Below are positions 48,250 to 61,135 of a stretch of 64,000 nt of DNA, piece by piece. Both the position numbers and the translations under genes were made by a program. This stretch comes from Piromyces finnis finn (Eukaryota > Fungi > Neocallimastigomycota): contig MCFH01000084.1 in the NCBI GenBank assembly GCA_002104945.1, forward strand, positions 62,001 to 126,000, read 5' to 3'. The notes below the pieces were generated by a model. The model was not told the origin of the DNA. It saw nothing but the letters and a program-made list of their open reading frames with translations, and ran no database searches. Position 1 is the stretch's first letter, and every line of letters starts with the position of its first letter.

Positions 48250-48341
48250 AATATTATTACTATCTCTACTGATATAGCATGAGTAGACCCCCTTGAGAAA
48301 CTACATTTATTAAATAAATGAAGGCACGTTCCCAAGAGGGA
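47887..48341 (-). repeat. Tandem ~124-bp hairpin-rich monomers at the LINE 5' end (also at 41402-41646 and 35462-35549)
   Basis: CTCAGTACCATGAGC at 47981 and 48105 (period 124); a 68-bp half-monomer duplication at 48182. Confidence 0.85.
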
Positions 48342-48974
48342 CAAGGGGGTAGAAACAATGAAAGCAGAGTTCTATTTCAAAGAAAAGGAACATTCCAAAT
48401 TTATTAAAAATTAATAAGACATTTCCAAATATTATTGCTTAAACAAAAAACTCTTAAAACACAAATCGATCATATCTAAAAACCTAATTATTAAGCCTTT
48501 TAAAAAAATGCATTTCTCACATACAGCCAAATTATTAAATACTCAATTTTAAATCCACTTAAAAAAAATTATAATTAAACAAAAGCATTTAATTTACAAC
48601 ATAACCAAAAAATACCTATATATATTTTAATTTTTATCTTTATTAAAATTATATTAATAGAATTATTTCTATTTTTTCTATTTCAATACATTATTTTTAA
48701 GAATTTCAAATAATTTATTATTATTATATAAAATTCATTATTATTTTATATGTATTATTACTTAATTAAGAATATAATTTCAATAATTTTTAATTTATAT
48801 GAAATATATATTTTGTATTTACACTTTCGGATTATTAATTATTATAATCCATAATTTTAAACTAAATTAATTTAGGATTGCTTACTAATCAACAAATTTA
48901 AACTAATTTAAGTTAATTTAAGCATTTTTTTAGTTGCTTTATGATCATTTCATTCATACATTTATGCGATAAAT

Positions 48975-50414
48975 TTATGCGTCATCAGCCTTGTGGTTAC
49001 GCTTTTCAATTTCCTTGTTGATTTCATCAATCTTTTCATCAGTTAATGAATAGAAGGAAATGATAATCATCATAACAATCATTAAAATAGCTGGAATAAT
49101 AGCAACATTCCAACGAATACATTCCTTAGTAGAATCGGCTTGGTGCTTCATCTTATAGAACCAACCAACGGAAGTATTGTGGATATTCATACAACAGAAA
49201 GCAGTAACGAAGTAGAAAGCAATAACACGTAATGGTCCGTTACGAATAAATTCAATCCATAAATCACTAACCTTAACATTTTCAGTTTCCTTGTCTTCCA
49301 TAACAACACGTTCCTTAGACTTAACGAAACAGAATACAAGAAGTAAGAAACCAACAACAGCGTAAAGAATCATAGCAGAGAACCAAGCCTTTGAATTAGT
49401 AGTGTAACCACTACCACCATCATTAGCTTCAAGGTCTGCATCGTAGTGGAAGAAGTAAAGGAGCCATCCTGGAATAGCACCACCAAGAGCAAAACCGGCC
49501 TTGAAGAAAATACCAGTAAGAGCATTGATAATACCGGCAATACGACGACCAGTAGTATATTCAGCATAAGAAATAACTTCTGGAACAATAGCCCACATGT
49601 AACCAGTAACAGTGGTAAGACCAGTTGACTTGATAAAGTTGGCAACTAACATCCAGACACTCTTATCAGAGTCGGCAAGACCCATTCTACTGAAGATGTA
49701 TAATAAGGCATAACCGATAATACCAATAACACCAAAGGAATAGAATAATCCCTTCTTACCAGTGAACTTCTTAATGTATGGAACAAATGGCATGATGACA
49801 AAACCTGGAAGAGCACCAATAAAGTTGAATAAAACAACATTCCAATCAATAGCTTGTTTGGAGAAGAGACCAGCAACAATTGGGAAACCAGTCCAGACAA
49901 ATAAACCACCAATGTTAGCCATAGTCATACGAATAGAGGTAAGAACTGTAATTTCTTGAGTATCTCTAGTCATTGAAGCATTTAAGGCACCGTATGGAAC
50001 GTTAGTAAGAGTGTAACACATTTGTAATAAAGTGTAGGTAATAGCGGCGTAAGTAATACTACCCTTGAAAATATCCCAGTAACAAAGAATAGCAAGAACA
50101 CATAATGGGAAACCAGCTGTAACTAAATAGGAACGGTACTTACCCCAACGTGGGTTGTGCTTATCAACAAAGGCACCAACAAATGGATCCCAAATAACAT
50201 CAAGTAAACGAACAACAAGCATAAGTGCACCTGATACAGCTGTTGCCTTCTTTGAATCATTACCAATAATATATACATTAGTGTAGTAGAATGCAATGAA
50301 ACCACTAACATTTTGGTAAATAAAGTTTTGTGCCATATCACCAGCACCATAACCAATTCTGGTTAACCATGAAAGCTTGAAAAAGCCATTGGCTTCGTCC
50401 TTTACTGTACTCAT
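48975..50414 (-). CDS. GPH-family MFS sugar:cation symporter, copy 3
   Basis: 479 aa; differs from copy 1 by a few residues (LIVRL>LVVRL, EAKDG>EANDG, TTDSK>TTNSK). Confidence 0.92.
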   Translation of the reverse strand: MSTVKDEANGFFKLSWLTRIGYGAGDMAQNFIYQNVSGFIAFYYTNVYIIGNDSKKATAVSGALMLVVRLLDVIWDPFVGAFVDKHNPRWGKYRSYLVTAGFPLCVLAILCYWDIFKGSITYAAITYTLLQMCYTLTNVPYGALNASMTRDTQEITVLTSIRMTMANIGGLFVWTGFPIVAGLFSKQAIDWNVVLFNFIGALPGFVIMPFVPYIKKFTGKKGLFYSFGVIGIIGYALLYIFSRMGLADSDKSVWMLVANFIKSTGLTTVTGYMWAIVPEVISYAEYTTGRRIAGIINALTGIFFKAGFALGGAIPGWLLYFFHYDADLEANDGGSGYTTNSKAWFSAMILYAVVGFLLLVFCFVKSKERVVMEDKETENVKVSDLWIEFIRNGPLRVIAFYFVTAFCCMNIHNTSVGWFYKMKHQADSTKECIRWNVAIIPAILMIVMMIIISFYSLTDEKIDEINKEIEKRNHKADDA

Positions 50415-52989
50415 TTTTTTTCTTAAATTAACTTAAATGTAAAACTATTAGTTTAAATTTTAATTTTTTACTTAAATTATTATCTTAAAATATTAAGTAA
50501 TTTTATTACTTAATTTATTTTATTGAATATTAAAAAAATAGTCTTTTCGTTTTACTTTTATACTTCTTTTTTATTAAAAAACTTTTGTATATATTACATT
50601 ATTAATATAATATATATTTATTATTAAAAAAATAAATTAATTATTGTGTAATATATTAAAATTTACACAAATATTAACATAATATTTTATAATAAATTAT
50701 AAAATTATATATGTTTAAAAATATATTTTTTAAAGTTAAATATACCTTATTATGTTAAATAGCACAATAATGAAAAATGATGGTTTATAAATAATAAATA
50801 TAATTTATAATATCTATAAAAAAATATACATTTACACATATCATTTTTATAATTGCAATAATAAAAATAATTTTATAAATATTTATTCATTTATTCTAAT
50901 CTTTGATTAATAATTAAGTTAAAACTTACAAATCTGCTCCTATATTCAACTAATATTCAATCACATAGTAAATAGAGTTTATTTTTGGAAACTTTAATTT
51001 ATTATTTATTAAATTTTTAATTTATAATATTAAGCACTTTTTATTAAAATGAGTAAGGTCTATTCATTATTTTTATTAAATTGAATAATAGAAATGTAGA
51101 AAAATAAGTTATTTAAACGATATATTTATCTTTTAAATATATATACAATATATATTGTATAATTAATTAAAATAAATATTGAAAAATTAATCAAATATTG
51201 AATATATATGAATATATAAATCTTATTGAATGTAAATAAATTATTTATCTAAAAATAGAAAATAATTACACAATACAAAATTAAATTGATGTAATATATA
51301 TTATAACATTGATGAAATTTAATGTAAATAATTATTCTCATATATTACTTATAATAAATCATATATACATATAAAAAAAAAATTAACATCATTATATTAT
51401 TAACAGATTAGATCTTAATATTATTCTATTATTTTAAATGCTAACATGCATATATTTTTAAAATTTAATTCGATTGATAGTTATTATATCTATAGTATTA
51501 CATAAGAATAAGAAAATACATTTATTTTAATATTTTATGAAAAATCAAAGAAATTTAGTTTTTATTAATTTAAAACCTAAGAAGTGAATTACTTAATAAG
51601 AATCATTAATATAAAAATATTTATAATAAGCATTGTAACATTGTAACTCCACAATTATATTTATGGTAATATAAGTTTACTAATGAAGTAAATTTTTTTT
51701 TACTTTCTTAAAATAATTAATAACAATATTAATTCAAAAAAAGTTTATTTTTATAAATTTTTAATTTAAAATTTAATTAGTGATTGTAAACTCTATTATA
51801 TATTAAATCAGATCAAATCAAATGTCATTATTGGATGAACAAAATAATAAGGGAATTTAATCAAAATGTAAACTTTATTTTATATTAAGAAATTGTTTTA
51901 ATTCATCCTTATTTTATGTTAAATTAAACTTTGCTAATCAAGATAAATAAAGATATATGTATAACGGTAAAGTAATGATTTAATAATAAATAAACTTTTT
52001 ACTTTAATTTTAAAATGATATATTTAATAATTACGTAACTATGGTTAATGGATGAATTATTATTATTATAATCATAATGTAAAAAAAAAGTAAACTGTAA
52101 TTAAAGAAAAATTAAGATTTTCTTTGATTTATAAAAAATAAATGTAATAAAGAAGGTAACTATAAGGAAAATGTTTATATGAATCTTTTTTTATGAAATA
52201 ATGTAATATATTTTATTAATTAATAATTAGTAATGTACAACTAATATTTATCAAAATTCCTATCCTCAAATATATTAATACATTGGCGTTTATTTTGTTC
52301 ATTCTCCAGTCAAATAATAAAATATAAAAGAAAAAAGAAATAAAAATTTTATTAATTTAATAATGAATCATTTTAGGAAATATTTCATAAAATTAAAAAT
52401 TGTGTTAATAAATACAATTTATTATATTTTAAAAATTATTGGAGAGGTTTTTTTAAGAAATTTAGAAAATTATGTTAATTTTTTTATTAAATAGAATATT
52501 CAAAAGAATTTTGTTAATGTTTATTTAAAAATTTTGTTAATTAATAAATATTGCATTTATAATAAAAGCATTTGAATAAACACTTTATTTCCTTTTCATG
52601 GAGATATATTAAAATAATCATACTTAAAGCAAATGTTTAACAATAGTATTATCATTTTAAAAAAGATTAAAATTATGACTTTAATCGATACTTGTTAAAG
52701 TTAAAATTTTATTAAAAAGTAGTAACCTCCTAGATATAGTTAGATAAATTAAATTTAAAAATTTTTTATGGAAAAATTAAAAAGAAATTCAATTAAAGAA
52801 ACTTGATTTTAATTATTTTTTTAATTTTGTTATATTCTTTGTTATTATAAATATTAAGAAGTAAAAAAAAAAAATAAAGTTCTTTTCACTTTTTTTTTTT
52901 TTTTTTTTTTTTAATTAAAAAAATAATATTTATATTGCCATTTTGGAGGAATGAGGAATTTATTGTTATTATATAATAAAGAAAATAAA

Positions 52990-55900
52990 AATTGAGATAC
53001 AGCTCGGTTCACTTTACTCAGATTTTGTGGAACGACTTATATACTTTATTTATAAATTATTAAAATACATTTTTAATATTTTTATATATGATCGTAAGAA
53101 TATCTTTTCCTAATTATTATAATCTTAAATAAAGTTTTATTTATATTTTCTACTAATTTAACTATAAAGTTTGTGTTTGTTTATCTGTTTATATTAAATA
53201 CTATAATACTTTATGATATGAAATTAATATGTCTAGCTACATATTCGTCCTATTTAAAATAATTTTTATTATTTAAAATATTCAATTTCATATTTAAAAA
53301 TTTATATCAAATATTTTATAATAATAATAATATAATAATTGATATATATTAATTATAGAATTAATGTACATATTTCATCATATTCTTATATATTAATATA
53401 TATATTAGTATATCATTCATATTGTTAAATGTAGAGTTACATTTTATTGTAATATTAATTTGTATTACATTATTATAGTAATATTTCATTTAAATATATT
53501 GTAAAATATATTGTATTATATTATATTTAATTATTTTCATATATTATGAATGCACTATATTATATAATTGACATTCAATTATATTTAATTATAGGAATTT
53601 TATAATATAAAGATATTCACGTATAATAATTAATTAGAGGTTTTTATATAAATAAATTAAAATAGTCATGTAATAACGTGACTAATAGCAATTGAGGCGT
53701 AGAGATATTCACAAGATAAAATAAATTTAAGTGATAACATAAATTTATTAATTATAAATTTAAATAATAAAAACATAAAATTATAACATAATTTTATGTT
53801 ATATAAATAATTTCTTTTGTTTATTATTTTTATTTCTAATGTTTTATATTTATATTTTATTATATTTTTATTATACTTTAATATTTTTATACTTTTTATA
53901 CTAGTTTATTATAAATTATTAATTAAACAAACAAAATGTAATTTTGTAATTTATAATATTAAAAGATGATATGAAATACTATATAAAACTCTAATTATTA
54001 ATAAAATTATTTTATTAATAATTACATAAAATAAATTAAAATAGTCATGTAATTACGTGACTAAAATAATTGAGGCGTAAGTAAATTCACAAGATAAAAT
54101 AAATTAAGTGATAGCATAAATTTATTTTATTAATTTAAATACTTAAAAAACATAAAATTATAACATAATTTTTTGTTATGTAAATAATTTCTTTTATTTA
54201 TTATTTATTATTTTTATTTATAATATTTTATATTTTATATTTATTTTATTATATTTTTATTATACTTTAATAAATATTTTTATACTAGTTATTATATATT
54301 TATTAATTAAACAAACAAAATATAGTTTATACTTATTAAAAGATGTATAAATGTATTATTATTTCTTGTAATTAATTCTTTGCTTCTTTGTTATATTATA
54401 GCCAAATTTATATTTAATAAAATTAATTTTAAAAACATTAATACATAAAGTTTCCCCCTAAAAAGGAAATAGAACCGAGTTATATCAAAGATATATAAAT
54501 GTATTTATTATTTCATTTATATTTAATTCTTTTATTGCCAAATGATAATATTTAATAAAAATTAATTTAAAAATTTATACAAAAAAATCACACATGGGTG
54601 ACAAAGATAAAAAAGTAAATATTTTAAAATAAAAAATGGGAGAAACTTTCTTACCAAAGTAAACTATTAAAGGGAGATGTGATAAATAAAATTATACTTT
54701 TGTTTTTGTTGATTTTTATTGAAAGTAGTAAAAGATGGTAAAAGAGTAATATTTTTTGGGTTTATTTGTTATATTTTCTATTATACTAAAATCTAATTAT
54801 AAATTTTTATTTATTTTCATTCTTCCATCTTTAATAATTTCCATTTTAGAAAGATGTTATAAAATGGAATAAAAATATAAAAACTTTATTTAATAATATA
54901 ATTAAATATTACTATAAATGTTATATAAGCATAGATTAAAGTAAGATTAGAATAGATTATAATGTAGTTATATTTTAAATCATGTGATATATAAAGTGAT
55001 ATATGTTTCTTTTATGTTGTATTAAGAACAATAATATTATATTTTTCTCAGTTTATTATATTAAGTGAAAATATATTATAATTTGATATAAAATGAACAT
55101 AAAAACCTTAATTAATAATATTGTGATATAAATTTTATTAATAAATAATTTTATTAATAAAGTTAACAAAAAGAAAAAGTTCCATTTTAAAGTTATATAA
55201 TAAGATGTAAGGACATGTGATAATAAAAATAAAATAAAATAAATAAAAAAATAACTATCTCTACAACACGTAGACATTACGTTTACAATACTTTTAATAT
55301 TTTATGTTTTTATAAGTTAGTCACACAAATATAATTAATATCAAAATAATAATGTAGTTTTTAGTACATTTCATTTAGTACATTAATGTATTTATCATAT
55401 TTTATAATCATGTGATAAATTAAATGATACGGGTTAATTTTATGTAGAAAGAATTAAACTTTAAATAATATATGTTTTATTAATAATTTTATTTATTACG
55501 TTCCAACTAAAAAGTTCTGTCGTTGTCAAATATTAAAATTCTAACTAAAACAAGAAGTCCTTTTTAATAATATTTATTCTAATCTATTTATACTAATGAG
55601 GCTTACTTTATAATTAATTGTCCAATTATAAGGCTGGAACTATATGGATTCTACATCTACATTATTCCTTTACAGTACATGATATTACATTTGTCATACA
55701 TTTTCATTACATTCTTGTACATTGTAGAAACAATTAATATTATAATAAAACTATATAAATTTAATATTAGGAAAAATTACTAATATAATAATATGTTCAA
55801 GTCACATATTATTTTTATATCATAAAGTATTTAAATTATAGCATTTAATATTAACAGATAAGCAAACAAATTTTATAGTTAAATTAGTAGAAAATATAAT

Positions 55901-56042
55901 AAATAAACCTTTATTTAAGAATATGATAGTTAGTAAAAGATATTCTTACGATCATATAATATTAAGTATTTTAATAATTTATAAATAAAGTATATAAGTC
56001 ATCCCACAAATCTTGAGTGTATTGAACCGAGTTGTATCAAAT
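52990..56042. repeat. ~120-bp imperfect inverted repeat pair (52990-53110 and ~55937-56042) bracketing ~2.8 kb of non-coding DNA; possibly a decayed DNA transposon
   Basis: GATACAGCTCGGTTCA...GATCGTAAGAATATCTTTT versus AAAAGATATTCTTACGATC...TGAACCGAGTTGTATC. Confidence 0.5.
53600..54350. repeat. Diverged ~380-bp tandem duplication
   Basis: AAATAAATTAAAATAGTCATGTAAT(A/T)ACGTGACTA...TTGAGGCGTA...TTCACAAGATAAAAT occurs at ~53650 and ~54030. Confidence 0.7.
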
Positions 56043-56228
56043 TAAAAGTAACTTTTCTTACCTAATAATTTCACTTCTATAATTATTTATATATTTTCAT
56101 ATTAATTATAAAACATAAATAATTTTATATTATAAAATTCCAATAACTAAATATAATTGAATATCAATTATATAATATATTTTATTCATAATATATGGGT
56201 AATAATTAAACACTAAATTATTTGATTT

Positions 56229-56348
56229 TACTTTTCATTAAATATTTAAATTGGTAAAAAATTTGAATCAAGAATGTCGACACCAGAAAGCTTGTGAATA
56301 GTATTTTTACATGATGTAGAGTGATTCAGTCTCTTACAAGAAATAATA
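56229..56348 (-). mobile_element. Isolated ~120-bp piece of the LINE family 1 5' UTR
   Basis: CTTTTCATTAAATATTTAAATTGGT...GTCGACACCAGAAAGCTTG...CAGTCTCTTACAAGAAA is nearly identical to ~41060-41175. Confidence 0.8.
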
Positions 56349-56908
56349 CATTAAAGATAATAGATATAATAATTTCAAAAGATATTTTATTTATAATTTC
56401 ATTTTTAAATACTGGAAACATTCAAAATAATATCATTTATAGAAAAGCAACTACAACAGCATTTACTCATTATACTACTAACCAGATTTTTAAAAAATAA
56501 GACTTATATCATAATTAATACAAAACACATTATTATATATTTTTAATAATTACTATATTTTATTATTTTATTATATATAATATTACCATTATAAAATATA
56601 TATTTTTAATTAATATTATTATTTTATTTTTATTATATTTATTTAAAATATCTTAATAATAGTCTATAATATATAATATATTATATTTTATCTTTTTAAT
56701 AATATTTAACATTACATTACTTTTTTTTTTTTTGTTATTTACATTTTTCATTATTCTTATTAATTTAAACTAATTTAAATGATTTAATTTTTTATTATTA
56801 TTTTCTATCATTATATTCATCATTATTAAACTAATTTAAATTTAAGTTAATTTAAGCATTTTTTTAGTTGCTTTATGATCATTTCATTCATACATTTATG
56901 CGATAAAT

Positions 56909-58348
56909 TTATGCGTCATCAGCCTTGTGGTTACGCTTTTCAATTTCCTTGTTGATTTCATCAATCTTTTCATCAGTTAATGAATAGAAGGAAATGATAA
57001 TCATCATAACAATCATTAAAATAGCTGGAATAATAGCAACATTCCAACGAATACATTCCTTAGTAGAATCGGCTTGGTGCTTCATCTTGTAGAACCAACC
57101 AACGGAAGTATTGTGGATATTCATACAACAGAAAGCAGTAACGAAGTAGAAAGCAATAACACGTAATGGTCCGTTACGAATAAATTCAATCCATAAATCA
57201 CTAACCTTAACATTTTCAGTTTCCTTGTCTTCCATAACAACACGTTCCTTAGACTTAACGAAACAGAATACAAGAAGTAAGAAACCAACAACAGCGTAAA
57301 GAATCATAGCAGAGAACCAAGCCTTTGAATCAGTAGTATAACCACTACCACCATCCTTAGCTTCAAGGTCTGCATCGTAGTGGAAGAAGTAAAGGAGCCA
57401 TCCTGGAATAGCACCACCAAGAGCAAAACCGGCCTTGAAGAAAATACCAGTAAGAGCATTGATAATACCGGCAATACGACGACCAGTAGTATATTCAGCA
57501 TAAGAAATAACTTCTGGAACAATAGCCCACATGTAACCAGTAACAGTGGTAAGACCAGTTGACTTGATAAAGTTGGCAACTAACATCCAGACGCTCTTAT
57601 CAGAGTCGGCAAGACCCATTCTACTGAAGATGTATAATAAGGCATAACCGATAATACCAATGACACCAAAGGAATAGAATAATCCCTTCTTACCAGTGAA
57701 CTTCTTAATGTATGGAACAAATGGCATGATGACAAAACCTGGAAGAGCACCAATAAAGTTGAATAAAACAACATTCCAATCAATAGCTTGTTTGGAGAAG
57801 AGACCAGCAACAATTGGGAAACCAGTCCAGACAAATAAACCACCAATGTTAGCCATAGTCATACGAATAGAGGTAAGAACTGTAATTTCTTGAGTATCTC
57901 TAGTCATTGAAGCATTTAAGGCACCGTATGGAACGTTAGTAAGAGTGTAACACATTTGTAATAAAGTGTAGGTAATAGCGGCGTAAGTAATACTACCCTT
58001 GAAAATATCCCAGTAACAAAGAATAGCAAGAACACATAATGGGAAACCAGCTGTTACTAAATAGGAACGGTACTTACCCCAACGTGGGTTGTGCTTATCA
58101 ACAAAGGCACCAACAAATGGATCCCAAATAACATCAAGTAAACGAACAATAAGCATAAGTGCACCTGATACAGCTGTTGCCTTCTTTGAATCATTACCAA
58201 TAATATATACATTAGTGTAGTAGAATGCAATGAAACCACTAACATTTTGGTAAATAAAGTTTTGTGCCATATCACCAGCACCATAACCAATTCTGGTTAA
58301 CCATGAAAGCTTGAAAAAGCCATTGGCTTCGTCCTTTACTGTACTCAT
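56909..58348 (-). CDS. GPH-family MFS sugar:cation symporter, copy 4
   Basis: Protein identical to copies 1 and 2; a few synonymous changes. Confidence 0.92.
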   Translation of the reverse strand: MSTVKDEANGFFKLSWLTRIGYGAGDMAQNFIYQNVSGFIAFYYTNVYIIGNDSKKATAVSGALMLIVRLLDVIWDPFVGAFVDKHNPRWGKYRSYLVTAGFPLCVLAILCYWDIFKGSITYAAITYTLLQMCYTLTNVPYGALNASMTRDTQEITVLTSIRMTMANIGGLFVWTGFPIVAGLFSKQAIDWNVVLFNFIGALPGFVIMPFVPYIKKFTGKKGLFYSFGVIGIIGYALLYIFSRMGLADSDKSVWMLVANFIKSTGLTTVTGYMWAIVPEVISYAEYTTGRRIAGIINALTGIFFKAGFALGGAIPGWLLYFFHYDADLEAKDGGSGYTTDSKAWFSAMILYAVVGFLLLVFCFVKSKERVVMEDKETENVKVSDLWIEFIRNGPLRVIAFYFVTAFCCMNIHNTSVGWFYKMKHQADSTKECIRWNVAIIPAILMIVMMIIISFYSLTDEKIDEINKEIEKRNHKADDA

Positions 58349-59459
58349 TTTTTTTTCTTAAATTAACTTAAATGTAAAACTATTAGTTTAAAATTTAACT
58401 TTTTTTTAATTATTTTATATACTACTTAAATTATTTTATTTTTTTAAATATTAAGTAATTATATTACTTATTATTTATGTTTTTTAAAATTCAGTCTTCT
58501 TTTTTCGCTTTTATACATTTCAACTGTTGTATAATTTTATTTAATAATTTTATTAAAAAACAATAACAAAAAATAATATTTAATTTTTATTATAAATTTA
58601 AATTAAATATATATTGTATTTATATTAATAATTAATTTATATAATGTAATTATAATAATATTTAATTTATATTGTATTACATAGGAATAGTAAACTTACA
58701 TTGTACTACATATTAAAATTTACACATTAATATAATAAATTAAGATATTTTTAATATAGAAATTTTTAAAATAAAAAAGTAATAATGTGGAGTTTAATAT
58801 TATAATACCAAAAAACAAAAGTACAAAAGTTAAATTTAAGGAACATATTAAAATATTCTAAATATATAATGTATACAATGTCTATATTTATAGAAAAAGT
58901 TTATTGTATTAAAAGTATTAATTAATATTTTGTAGATGGTAGATGGAAATGATTTTTTGATAGATTGCACAAAAAATGTAATATAAAATAATATATAAAT
59001 AAAAATATAGAATATATAAAACAATAATTAGATTTAATCTAAAATTCTATTTATCATTTATTATTATCTTTTTAATATTATCATAAATAAAAGATAAATA
59101 GAATATTAATTAGTAAAGTGTATAATGTACATAAAATTAATATGCCTTCGTTTATAATTTGTTAATAATGATATGCATTTATGCCTATTTAAATTTGAAC
59201 TATTTTTATATTTTTTCTATGACATGAATGATGAAATGATAAAATGATGCATGACATATCATTTCATAAATACTTGAATCATAGGGGTTAAGTATAATTA
59301 AACTTTATCACATTATTTATAAAATAAAATATAATTATAACAATATCAAATTAAGTTATATTTATATAAGATTCTAATACTTTTACCTTTTTTATATTAT
59401 TTTTTAATTTATTATATATTACTACTAACAAAGATATTATAATGCAAATGATGGTTATC

Positions 59460-59790
59460 AAAGCGGTTAAATTAGATATTTGTAATTATTTTAATATTGT
59501 TAATTAAAGAAATTGTTTTATTTTTACAATAAATAATTTTTAAATAATAATTAGATTGAAATAGGCAAAATAATAAAAAAAAATGAACTATTTTAATATT
59601 GAATAGAAATTTTATTATTAGATTTAAAGCGGTTAAATTAGATATTTGTAATTATTTTAATATTGTTAATTAAAGAAATTGTTTTATTTTTACAATAAAT
59701 AATTTTTAAATAATAATTAGATTGAAATAGGCAAAATAATAAAAAAAAATGAACTATTTTAATATTGAATAGAAATTTTATTATTAGATT
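59460..59790. repeat. ~167-bp tandem duplication
   Basis: AAAGCGGTTAAATTAGATATTTG... at ~59460 and ~59627. Confidence 0.8.
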
Positions 59791-60319
59791 TTAAGATTTT
59801 TATTAATTAAATTTCAAACATTGATTATATGATTATATTTAATTATATATTAAAATATTTAATAATTATTATAATTAAATATGTATAATTGAAATGTTCA
59901 AAAAAGTTAAAAAAAAGTTTCTTGAAAGTAATTGAAAAATATTATTAACTAAATATCTTTCTTAGCTTTATACTCATGAGAAAAATGCAAAATATGGAAA
60001 AGCCAGTATTGTCTTTAAAATCATTTATATAAATGAATGGGATAACCTTGATATATTATAAATCGCTACTATTTTAAACTCAAAATTGCAGTATATAACT
60101 TAGATTAAAATTGATGGGTTTATTCATAATTATTTCACATATATTAATACTGAAAGGCATTTTATTTAAATTATCAGTAATCATCACATAAATGTTTATT
60201 CCCTATTCGATTTTTTTTTTAAAGGTGTAAGGTTAAAAAAAAAAAAGCAAACATAAGTAACTTTTTCTTTGAAAAAGTTTATCTGATAGATATAAATAGA
60301 TTACTGTGTTCTTCTATAT

Positions 60320-60544
60320 TTATTGAAAATAGTTATAAAACATTTGATTAATGTTCTTTCTTAAGTTCTTGATTGCGAAAGGTAGCTTTAAAAATTCAAT
60401 TGGGATACTGTCAGGACTGGAAGCTTTATTACTCTTTATAAAAAGAAATGTATCTCTACTCTTTTCAATAACTTTTTTAAATAAATAATTAATTAATGAA
60501 TATGTCATTTTTTTAGATTTGTAAAATATTTGTTCTGTTTTCAA
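60320..60544 (-). mobile_element. LINE relic (region just before RT)
   Basis: KSNKASSPDSIPIEFLK resembles NNKAPGPDGIPIEFFK of family 2. Confidence 0.6.
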
Positions 60545-60742
60545 TCTGTATTACATTTTAAGTGAAATTGGCTACTAACATTTCAGTTATATTTTTTATT
60601 CAATTGTTATTCTATTTTTGATAAAATAATTTTTGGTGAAATAGTATTTTATACTATTTTATTGTAACATATTTTAGCGTGTATTTTTATATATCATATT
60701 GATATATTATTTAATAATTCTATAGGTATGTTTTTTATTTAA

Positions 60743-61085
60743 AGAATTTTCTTAGTACATTCAACAGTACTTTTATTATTTAATTTCTTTAATGGAGCAA
60801 CTGTGTTTTGCTTTTTTGACTACCATTATTATGTATCTTAAGAACTTTCTTAGTACATTCAACAGTACTTTTATTATTTAATTTCTTTAATGGAGCAACT
60901 GTGTTTTGCTTTTTTGACTACCATTATTATGTATCTTAAGAACTTTCTTAGTACATTCAACAGTACTTTTATTATTTTATTTCTTTCATGGAGCAACTGT
61001 GTTTTGCTTTTTTGACTACCATTATTATGTATCTTAAGAACTTTCTTAGTACATTCAACAGTACTTTTATTATTTTATTTCTTCC
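60743..61085. repeat. 98-bp minisatellite, ~3.5 copies
   Basis: Units start at 60841, 60939 and 61037 (AGAACTTTCTTAGTACATTCAACAG...). Confidence 0.9.
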
Positions 61086-61104
61086 ATGCTTTTCTGGCTA
61101 CTGC

Positions 61105-61135
<31 letters not shown>

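Larger units (their letters stand above)
41647..48275 (-). mobile_element. LINE family 1 copy D, 5'-truncated (41647-42464 plus 48261-48275), split by copy B; TSD AGCATGAGTAGA
   Basis: 12-mer at 41635-41646 and 48276-48287. The stub TATCTCTACTGATAT continues the ORF sequence interrupted at 42464. Confidence 0.83.
36022..48341 (-). mobile_element. LINE family 1 copy A, full length (body 36022-41646, 5' tip 48288-48341), containing nested copies D and B; TSD CAAGGGGGTAGA
   Basis: The 12-mer is present at 36010-36021 and at 48342-48353. Confidence 0.85.

Noticed and set aside
47887-48341. CRISPR-like array, or tRNA/5S/U-snRNA target for the LINE
   Set aside because: The repeats are contiguous without unique spacers, there are no cas genes, the context is eukaryotic, and I see no resemblance to those RNAs.
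51780-52620. Slightly coding-like stretch (e.g. YWRGFLRNLEN, TLFPFHGDILK)
   Set aside because: Many stops and no recognisable family, so it cannot be supported.
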